A DNA stretch of 64,000 nucleotides from Desulfatiglandales bacterium (GTDB lineage Bacteria > Desulfobacterota > DSM-4660 > Desulfatiglandales > Desulfatiglandaceae). The position numbers and the translations under genes are program-made. Of this stretch, positions 19,700 to 27,537 are shown in pieces. The DNA lies in assembly GCA_963666345.1 (NCBI GenBank), contig OY762721.1:256001-320000 (forward strand). The letters run 5' to 3'. Under the pieces are notes generated by a model, which was given only the letters and a program-made list of their open reading frames with translations, searched no databases and was not told the origin of the DNA. How positions within the stretch are numbered: position 1 is the stretch's first letter; the number at the start of each line of letters is the position of its first letter.

Positions 19700-20209
19700 C
19701 TACATCTTGTACTTGCCGAAATCCTCTGGATTGAGGCTCTCCAGGATCTCCTGCCACTTTTTGCCTTTTTCCGATTTATCCTGAGGTTCGGCCTTCAGGT
19801 CTATCTGGCTGGAATTCTTTATGACCTCTTCTGCCACGAAAATCGGGGCCTTTACCCTTAGAGACAAGGCCAGAGCGTCACTCGGACGGGCGTCCACGGT
19901 CATTATCTTGTTGCCCTGCTTGAAATGGATAAGCGCGTAATAGGTATTGTTCTTGAGATCGCAGACCTCGATCTTCTGTACCTTCAGATCGACCATTTCC
20001 ATTACATCCTTAAAAAGGTCATGGGTCATAGGCCTGGAAAATTTAATCCCCTCCAGCTCACTGGCAATCGCGGTAGCCTCAAGCAATCCTATCCATATGG
20101 GCAGGGTCTTTTCACCGTCGACTTCCTTGAGTATGACGATAGGGCTGTTAGTTATCGGGTCCATTGTCAACCCTGATATAACCATCGGTCGATACATGTT
20201 TTCCTCCAT
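19700..20209 (-). CDS. Bifunctional nuclease family (DUF151) protein
   Basis: LPIWIG..EA.AI, RPMTHDL, VDARPSDALAL. Confidence 0.92.
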   Translation of the reverse strand: MEENMYRPMVISGLTMDPITNSPIVILKEVDGEKTLPIWIGLLEATAIASELEGIKFSRPMTHDLFKDVMEMVDLKVQKIEVCDLKNNTYYALIHFKQGNKIMTVDARPSDALALSLRVKAPIFVAEEVIKNSSQIDLKAEPQDKSEKGKKWQEILESLNPEDFGKYKM

Positions 20210-20511
20210 TGGTTATAAAATCTCCTAGGCCTTATATCTTTATGTTTCATTCTTAAACATAGACTCTCTTTTGTCAACACCGCTGGTCTAAAGAAAATTA
20301 ATTTGGCTCTTGCCACCTGAAAAATTTAATTGATACAATATCGGATTATGTACTACCTTTCCACTAAAGTTGACGAACGCGCCTCGAACCGCCGCCCTTA
20401 ACTCCGGCGCTGAAAGGTATTGATCACGGTAACGGAGGTTCACGGCATCTGGAACCTTTCACCATGCCGTCTGCATTTTGACTCTTACTAATACATCAAG
20501 GTTGACATCTT

Positions 20512-23064
20512 ATGGGAAAAGACCCCAAAAAGCCCCTTTTCACCTGTGTTGTAGATCATAAACCCGGGTTCTTTCTGAACTGGCTCCTTTACAGGCTCTT
20601 CAGGCGGGTAAGTTTTGAAGAGAGCATGAAGTCATCCCTCAGAGAGATGCACAGGCAAGGAACCGTGGTCTATTCCATCAAATACAGGGGGGGCCTCGAC
20701 TACCTCCTCTATCATTTCAAGTTCAGGCGAAGCCGTCTGCCATATCCGAAAATCGCATTTGACATGAACATGTCGATGATACTCCCCTTGTCCCAGCTTT
20801 TCAGTGTATTGAGTTCACAGATCTCCTATCTTCTGAAACATGGCCGATTCCCGTCCCCGCTCAAGACCGGATTTATAAAAGAGGCGATAAAACAGGGAGA
20901 CACGGCCCTGTTAACACTCATAGACCCGAAGGAATTTTCAAGGCACTATATCAAGGAGGAAAAGGGTTACCTTCATTTTCTCCTTGAGACCCAGCAGGAG
21001 ATGAAGCGGCCCATATTCCTTGTCCCGCAGATAATTCTTTACAGAAGCACCCCGGAGAAGGCCCATCCAAACATCATGGACATCTTTTTCGGATTCAAGG
21101 ACAACCCCGGTTTCATCAGGAAGATAGGGCTTTTTTTCAGATACAACCGACGTGCGTTCATCGATTTCGGCACACCGGTCAACATGAAGGAGTACCTGGA
21201 ATCCCAGGACCCCGACCGTCCCCTGGAGGATATCGCAACCGACCTAAGGCAGCTTCTCATAGAGGGCATTGACAGGCAGAAAAGGGTCGTACTGGGCCCT
21301 GTCATGAAGTCTTTGCAGCAGTTCAAGGAGACGGTATTAAAGGACCGTGATGTGGTAAAGGCGATAGAGGAGAGCGCAATCGGGAAAAAGAAAGGCCCCA
21401 GGTATCAAAGAAAGAAGGCCGAGGAATATTTCGAGGAAATAGCCGCCGATTTCAACATCACCTATGTGCAGTTTGCCCATTACATGCTTACCTGGCTATG
21501 GAAAAAGATGTTCCAGGGGATAGAATTCGAACCGGATGAACTGGCGATGGTAAGGGAACAGGCCAGGAAAGGTTCGGTGGTCTACATACCTTCACACAAA
21601 AGTCACATAGATTACCTTGTGCTCAACTATGTCCTTTTCCATTATCATATGCATGTGCCGAGGGTCGCGGCGGGAAAGAACCTTGCCTTCTGGCCCATGG
21701 GAAATATATTCAGAAAATCGGGGGCCTTTTTTATCCGCAGGACCTTCAGGGGCGCGAGGCTCTATGCCACGGTCTTTAAAAGATATGTCAAGGCCCTTCT
21801 AAAGGAGGGCCATCCGCTCGAATTTTTCATCGAGGGAGGCAGAAGCAGGAGCGGAAAGCTTATACTTCCCAAGATAGGCTTTCTCTCCATACTGCTTGAG
21901 GCCTACAAAGAGGGATATTGCGACGATCTCATCTTTGTGCCTTCATCCATTAGCTATGACCGCATTATTGAAGAAAAGGAATATCTGAGAGAGATCGGAG
22001 GCGGGAAAAAAGAAAAGGAAAATTTCATGCAGGTAGTAAGGGCCAGACATTTTCTCAAGCGCAAGTATGGAAAGATATATATCCGATTCGCGGCCCCTGT
22101 CTCTTTAAGGCAGTATCTTGCCCAACACCGCGATTTGGGAGAAGAAACCCACCGGCCCCTGGCCCTTCACCTCATAAGATCGATCAACAGCGTAACCCTT
22201 GCAACGCCGCTTTCCATAACCGCCACCGCGATACTTACAAAACACAGAAGGGGTTTTCAAAGAGAGGAGCTGATAGAGACCTCCCGCATACTGTATAAAT
22301 TTCTGGACATGTATGGGGTTCCCACAGCCACCAGCCTTCTCGATTTTGATCAGGCCATTTCCGATTCCCTCACGCACCTGATCGGCAGAAAGGTGGTAAA
22401 TCACCTGGAGGAGGTCGAAGAAAGCGGGACCTTTTACTATGTGGACGATGACAAAAAGCCGGATCTGGAATACTATAAAAACAGTATAATACACAACTTC
22501 ATAGGCCACTCCTTTGTGGCCGTATCCCTTCTCAAGGGTACCGATGAAATCAAGCCGGCCGATGATATCCTGTCTGATTACCTGTTCATGAAAACACTTT
22601 TCAAATATGAATTCATCTACAATGAAGAAAAAGATCCGGCTGAGGAGCTCGATGAAATAAACCGTTTCTTTCTGGATGAGGATTATATCGAATGGAATGA
22701 GGCAAAAAAGGGCTTCAGAATGACCAGGCTAGGCTTTGATCAGCTTCCGATCTGGGCCGAGCTTGCCAGGACGTTTCTCGAATCATACTGGATCACCACG
22801 CGTTCCTATCTGTCAGGAAAGCAGGGAAAGGTGGTGCCTGAAGACAGCCTCAAACAGATGAAATACCTGGGTCTGAGGTTTCATAAGCTGGGCATAATCC
22901 AGCATATCGAATCCGTATCACAGCTGACCTTTAAAAATGCGATCAAGTTTTTCAAAAAAGAGATTATGGTACAGTCCCCGGATACAAATGACCCCGGGAT
23001 CCCCATGGAAAAGATTCATCAAATAGGCAAAAGGATATATGAGTTATCCAACTATAAGGACTGA
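20512..23064 (+). CDS. plsB: Glycerol-3-phosphate 1-O-acyltransferase (PlsB-like)
   Basis: PSHKSHIDY (HxxxxD), GAFFIRR, FFIEGGRSRSGK; 850 aa. Confidence 0.88.
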   Translation: MGKDPKKPLFTCVVDHKPGFFLNWLLYRLFRRVSFEESMKSSLREMHRQGTVVYSIKYRGGLDYLLYHFKFRRSRLPYPKIAFDMNMSMILPLSQLFSVLSSQISYLLKHGRFPSPLKTGFIKEAIKQGDTALLTLIDPKEFSRHYIKEEKGYLHFLLETQQEMKRPIFLVPQIILYRSTPEKAHPNIMDIFFGFKDNPGFIRKIGLFFRYNRRAFIDFGTPVNMKEYLESQDPDRPLEDIATDLRQLLIEGIDRQKRVVLGPVMKSLQQFKETVLKDRDVVKAIEESAIGKKKGPRYQRKKAEEYFEEIAADFNITYVQFAHYMLTWLWKKMFQGIEFEPDELAMVREQARKGSVVYIPSHKSHIDYLVLNYVLFHYHMHVPRVAAGKNLAFWPMGNIFRKSGAFFIRRTFRGARLYATVFKRYVKALLKEGHPLEFFIEGGRSRSGKLILPKIGFLSILLEAYKEGYCDDLIFVPSSISYDRIIEEKEYLREIGGGKKEKENFMQVVRARHFLKRKYGKIYIRFAAPVSLRQYLAQHRDLGEETHRPLALHLIRSINSVTLATPLSITATAILTKHRRGFQREELIETSRILYKFLDMYGVPTATSLLDFDQAISDSLTHLIGRKVVNHLEEVEESGTFYYVDDDKKPDLEYYKNSIIHNFIGHSFVAVSLLKGTDEIKPADDILSDYLFMKTLFKYEFIYNEEKDPAEELDEINRFFLDEDYIEWNEAKKGFRMTRLGFDQLPIWAELARTFLESYWITTRSYLSGKQGKVVPEDSLKQMKYLGLRFHKLGIIQHIESVSQLTFKNAIKFFKKEIMVQSPDTNDPGIPMEKIHQIGKRIYELSNYKD

Positions 23065-23069
23065 ATATT

Positions 23070-23111
23070 CCGTGCGCCTTGAAGACCGGGTTCAAGGCGC
23101 ACGGCTTTTTT
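23070..23111 (+). terminator. Rho-independent terminator between convergent plsB and ppdK
   Basis: Perfect 14-bp stem CCGTGCGCCTTGAA/TTCAAGGCGCACGG followed by CTTTTTT. Confidence 0.85.
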
Positions 23112-25905
23112 AAATCAGCACATATTCTTCTTCCGTCAGCTTTGCGTGCGCCGCGGCCAGCCTTGCGATAGGTACACGCAGAGGTGAACAGGACACATAA
23201 GACATCTTAACATGGTGACAGAATCTTATGGCGTCCGGGTGGCCTCCCTGCTCCCCGCATATACCGATCTTCATTTCAGGCCTGGTCTTTCTGGCCCACT
23301 CTATGGTTATCATCATCAAACGGCCCACCCCTTTTATATCGAGATAGTCAAACGGATTGTGCTGCAGCACACCCCTTTCATTGTAGAGGGGCAGGAATTT
23401 GTTTTCCGCATCTTCTCTTGAAAAGGAAAAAGTGGCCTGAGTCAGGTCGTTTGTACCGAAGGAAATGAATTCCGCCAGTTCCGCTATCCTTCCCGCCCGC
23501 ATGCACGCCCTGACCACCTCCACCATGGTTCCGAACTCAAAGGGCACTTTTATTTCAAACTTTTTTTCCACCTCTTTATGTATCTTTTTCACATACCTAT
23601 GCACCCAATTCAGTTCCTCGAGAGTGCATACCTGAGGGATCATTATCTCTGGGCGAACGCGACCGCCCTCCTGTATATATTCCGCTGCCGCCTCGAGCAC
23701 CGCCCTTATCTGCATGGAATAGATCTCAGGATAGGTAATTCCCAGTCTTACCCCCCTGTGCCCAAGCATCGGATTGGTCTCGGAAAGAGTCTTCACCTTG
23801 TGAAGCATGTTTTCTTTTTCCTCGATAAGGGTATGGGCAAGATGCTTGTTCTTGAGTTCCTCAAGGCCGTGGGTAATCATCTCCAGATTGTGGGCATACC
23901 TCTGATGCAGCTCCGGATCCATCATCTTTAACGTGTCAGGCAGATCAGCCATGCCTATCACGGTCTTTCTCATTTCCTTCAGGTGCCCTATCTCATGGAC
24001 AATCTCTTCTGCGGATGGCAGAAATTCATGTATCGGAGGATCCAGGAGCCTGATCGTAACCGGGTAACCGTTCAGGATTCTGAATATCTCCTTAAAGTCC
24101 TCCCTCTGGAAAGGAAGCAGCCTTTCAAGAACCGCTTCTCTTTCTTGCGTCGTGTCGGCCAATATCATTTCCTGTACAATGGGCAGCCGTTTAATGTCGT
24201 TGAACATCCTTTCAGTCCTGCACAGTCCGATACCCATGGCGCCGTATTTCTTTGCCTTTTCCGCTGCCTCCGGCGTGTCCGCGTTTGCCATTACCTTTAT
24301 GTCGGCTATGTCGTCGGCCCACTCAAGAAGCACCAGCAGATCTTCGACAAATTCCGGTTCTATGGTGGCGACCTTTCCCTTGAAGACATTTCCAGTCGTC
24401 CCGTCAATGGTAATCGTGTCGCCTTCCCTGAATGTGACCCCTGAGATCACCGCCTCTCTTGAGAGATCGTCTATGACGATATCCTCACAACCTGAGACGC
24501 ACGGTTTTCCCATGCTCCTGGCAACAACCGCGGCATGTGACGTCTTCCCTCCCCGGCTCGTGAGGATCCCCTGAGCCGCAAAAAAACCATGGATATCCTC
24601 CGGCTTTGTCTCCTCCCGCACCAGTATCACCTTTTCACCCAGTTTTCCCTTCAGGGCGGCCCTGTCGGCGTCAAAGACCATCTTCCCGGAGGCTGCCCCT
24701 GGGGAGGCGGAAAGGCCCTGCGCAAGCACTTCGGCCTTTGATTCGGGATCAAGCCTGGGATGAAGCAACTGCTCCAGCATATCGGGCTGGATCCTCAATA
24801 TCGCCTCCCGCTCCGAGATAAGACCTTCATTTACCATGTCGATGGAGGTCTTTATGAAGGCCGCCGCATTCATCTTGGCGTTTCTGGTCTGAAGGCAGTA
24901 GAGCTTGCCCTTTTCTATGGTAAACTCAAAATCCTGAACCTCGCAGTAATAATCCTCAAGCGTATGCCTCAGGGCCTCAAGTTCCCGGTAAGCGGCCGGC
25001 ATCTGCCGTCTCAGCTTGGATATCGGTTCGGGGGTCCTGATACCCGCTACCACATCCTCACCCTGGGCATTCACCATATATTCGCCGTACAGCCTGTTTT
25101 CTCCGGTGCCTGGGTTTCTTGTAAATGCCACACCGGTTGCGCTGTCATTGCCCATGTTTCCGAACACCATGGTGCATATATTGACCGCGGTGCCGCTGGC
25201 CATCTTGGACGTGATCTTGAACTGCTTTCTGTAATCCACAGCCCTTTTTCCCATCCAGGAATCAAAGACGGCCTGCACGGCCAGTTTGAGCTGAACATAC
25301 GGGTCTTGAGGAAAGGGCTTTCCCGTCTCCTTTTTTACCAGATCAAGGAAAAGCCGGCACGCCTCCTCAAAGGCCCCGGCATCCAGCTGGGCATCGTTAT
25401 CCGCCTTGTTTTTCTTTTTTATCTCATTGAATATCCTGTCAAATTTAGCATCAGGCAGGCCCAGGGCAATGGAACTGAAAAGTTGTATCAGGCGGCGGTA
25501 GATGTCATAGACAAACCGTTTGTTATCCGTGAGTTCTATAAAGCCCTTTACTGTTGTGTCATTCAGACCGAGATTAAGGATCGTGTCCATCATTCCCGGC
25601 ATGGAAATGGCCGCCCCCGATCTTACCGATACAAGAAGGGGGTTTTCAGGCGAACCGAAGCCCTTTCCGGTCTTGTTTTCAAGCTCTTTCATCGAAGCGT
25701 TGATCTCATCCATCGAGCCCTTGTCAAGTTCTTTTTTCTTCCTTCCGAGATAGTCGAGACAGGACTCCGTGGTTATTACAAAACCGGGAGGTACAGGCAG
25801 GCCTATCTGGGTCATGCCGCAAAGATTGGCTCCCTTGCCCCCAAGGAGCTTTTTGTTCATGGCGTCGCCGTCTTCAAATGCGTAAACATGTCTGCGATCT
25901 TCCAT
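23110..25905 (-). CDS. ppdK: Pyruvate, phosphate dikinase
   Basis: LLGGKGANL, PLLVSVRSGA..SMPGMMDT, GGKTSHAAVVAR phospho-His, GLCRTE, SFGTNDLTQ, GICGEQGG. Start at Met 25905 after GGAGG. Confidence 0.97.
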   Translation of the reverse strand: MEDRRHVYAFEDGDAMNKKLLGGKGANLCGMTQIGLPVPPGFVITTESCLDYLGRKKKELDKGSMDEINASMKELENKTGKGFGSPENPLLVSVRSGAAISMPGMMDTILNLGLNDTTVKGFIELTDNKRFVYDIYRRLIQLFSSIALGLPDAKFDRIFNEIKKKNKADNDAQLDAGAFEEACRLFLDLVKKETGKPFPQDPYVQLKLAVQAVFDSWMGKRAVDYRKQFKITSKMASGTAVNICTMVFGNMGNDSATGVAFTRNPGTGENRLYGEYMVNAQGEDVVAGIRTPEPISKLRRQMPAAYRELEALRHTLEDYYCEVQDFEFTIEKGKLYCLQTRNAKMNAAAFIKTSIDMVNEGLISEREAILRIQPDMLEQLLHPRLDPESKAEVLAQGLSASPGAASGKMVFDADRAALKGKLGEKVILVREETKPEDIHGFFAAQGILTSRGGKTSHAAVVARSMGKPCVSGCEDIVIDDLSREAVISGVTFREGDTITIDGTTGNVFKGKVATIEPEFVEDLLVLLEWADDIADIKVMANADTPEAAEKAKKYGAMGIGLCRTERMFNDIKRLPIVQEMILADTTQEREAVLERLLPFQREDFKEIFRILNGYPVTIRLLDPPIHEFLPSAEEIVHEIGHLKEMRKTVIGMADLPDTLKMMDPELHQRYAHNLEMITHGLEELKNKHLAHTLIEEKENMLHKVKTLSETNPMLGHRGVRLGITYPEIYSMQIRAVLEAAAEYIQEGGRVRPEIMIPQVCTLEELNWVHRYVKKIHKEVEKKFEIKVPFEFGTMVEVVRACMRAGRIAELAEFISFGTNDLTQATFSFSREDAENKFLPLYNERGVLQHNPFDYLDIKGVGRLMMITIEWARKTRPEMKIGICGEQGGHPDAIRFCHHVKMSYVSCSPLRVPIARLAAAHAKLTEEEYVLI

Positions 25906-25971
25906 CAAATCCTCCAAATCAATTAAAATTTTGACTCAAAAAGACGAATCTCATGCTCAGACCGGCCCGGA

Positions 25972-26139
25972 TCATTTTCTTTTTTTCAGATATTCCAGGA
26001 TATATGCAAATCCCAGAAGTACAGATGCAAGCCCTGCCACCTTTAACAGGGAAAACTCACTGAAGAAGAATCTTGAAATAAGCAGCCCGAAAAGGCAAGA
26101 CAGAACAGCTCTTATGACAAATCTTTCAAAGGCCACCAT
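25972..26139 (-). CDS. Small two-helix membrane protein (55 aa, below the track cutoff)
   Basis: MVAFERFVIRAVLSCLFGLLISRFFFSEFSLLKVAGLASVLLGFAYILEYLKKRK*; fills the gap between co-oriented genes; basic C-tail. Confidence 0.65.
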   Translation of the reverse strand: MVAFERFVIRAVLSCLFGLLISRFFFSEFSLLKVAGLASVLLGFAYILEYLKKRK

Positions 26140-26162
26140 CTATAATGCCCCCAGGTGCCTGG

Positions 26163-26480
26163 TCACGATTTCTTGAAAGGGATAACCCTTCCCCCTCTGT
26201 CTCCGCCCTTGTCCTTTTGACCGGTGCCGTCAGGAGATATCGGCGGCTCGGCCCGCTTAACCTTTTCCAGCCTTACCGTGCGCCCACCCATGGTAAACTC
26301 GGCACCATCTATGTATTCATCCCTTAAGATCCATGTAGCCGTTTGAGTCGGTATGGTGAGAAAAAGGAGCGTAACATGATACCAGTCTTTTTTATAGTCC
26401 GCCTCAATGTCCTCTATTCTGGCAAACAAGGCAGGACTGTTCTGATAATATATTAAAACCACATCACCTTCTGCTGACAT
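26163..26480 (-). CDS. Hypothetical protein
   Basis: 105 aa, AAGGA RBS, ends in ...RVIPFKKS; co-oriented with neighbours. Confidence 0.75.
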   Translation of the reverse strand: MSAEGDVVLIYYQNSPALFARIEDIEADYKKDWYHVTLLFLTIPTQTATWILRDEYIDGAEFTMGGRTVRLEKVKRAEPPISPDGTGQKDKGGDRGGRVIPFKKS

Positions 26481-26525
26481 AATATTTCCTTTTAGATAGC
26501 AGTAAAACCGGACACAGGAATGCCC

Positions 26526-26867
26526 CTAGGAATCTTCTTTCAACACACTGCCCGGATCAGTTCTCAGCCCTTCAAGTTTATTTTCAAAACCGCTTCCCAG
26601 ATCAACTCCCATCTGTCTCGCCCTCTTTTTTGCGTTAAGCCCTATGTTGCGGGTGTCACCGTAGAAGCCTTCACTCTGTCTGGCAGCAGGGTCATAACCT
26701 TCCAGCCTGTCATTTTCAGACTGATGATATGAGACCCTGGAGATGAGCCTTTTAAATCTTGTCCCGTCGCATCCGGGGCATTTAAGCGATTCAAGCTCCT
26801 CGTCTTTCATGACAAGCACCTGAAACCGCCTGTTACACCCAAGGCACTCAAATTCGAATATCGGCAT
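26526..26867 (-). CDS. FmdB-family zinc-ribbon protein
   Basis: MPIFEFECLGC...CPGC...KRLIS. Confidence 0.88.
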   Translation of the reverse strand: MPIFEFECLGCNRRFQVLVMKDEELESLKCPGCDGTRFKRLISRVSYHQSENDRLEGYDPAARQSEGFYGDTRNIGLNAKKRARQMGVDLGSGFENKLEGLRTDPGSVLKEDS

Positions 26868-27537
26868 GGACCCGGTCTCCTCAAAAGGGCGAAAAAGCCC
26901 GCTTTTATTTTTTTATGTCGCAATAAAAACCTGCCGGAGCAACCCCTGAAACCGCCCTTTTCAAAAACAAGGGGACGTTTTTTCACAAATATGGATTTCT
27001 TATTTAATCCTTAACAAAATGAGGCATGATTGGCAAGATTTCAAATACGCCCTTATCGTGCGTTAATATCCCTTCTGAGACCGGCACAGGTACGCCCCCG
27101 ATCCGGGTGTGTCCATCCCCGGGCCGATGATCGCCCCCAACCACACCCTGTCGGCCCTGAGCATTCAGGTTTCATGATGACCTTTACTGTAAATGGTTTT
27201 TGACTAAAGGAGACATCCGACTGACGATAAATATGAATCACTAAAAGGGCCTTTCAGGATAAAAATCAACCTAAACCTGAGCGTGTCTTGATCGGATGGT
27301 AACTTTTCGTTCACCTGCACATGTGGCAGGGACATGAAATATTCCACATTTTCCTTGACACAAAACCTTTCCCTGTGGCATGTAACAGCACATAATTAAA
27401 CCTAGGGAAAGACGCCCCAGATTATTCCATCAAATCATTTCCGACTTGTTTCAGGGCCTTTCCCCCCGATGTTCGAAATAGATCCGAACGCATTACCCCT
27501 ATCACTATAAATTTTTCTTCCGCAGGAGAATCAGCTC

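Noticed and set aside
20405..20465. Glycine riboswitch (GCGCTGAA...CTTTCA resemblance)
   Set aside because: It lacks the GGAGA and CTC/TTCAGG core motifs and the gene context does not fit.
24760..25926. 388-aa + strand ORF, and similar long antisense ORFs such as 49752-50645, 42792-43631 and 13302-13904
   Set aside because: They lie antisense to well-supported genes (ppdK, glmS, mvhD/metV, ompA-like) and have no recognisable motifs; shadow ORFs.
27053..27230. SAM-I or THF riboswitch upstream of the metF-containing operon (TTATC...GATAA ends; GCGTTAA)
   Set aside because: SAM-I core elements (AUC-AAGAG, kink-turn GA, GCAAC) and the rest of the THF consensus are absent.
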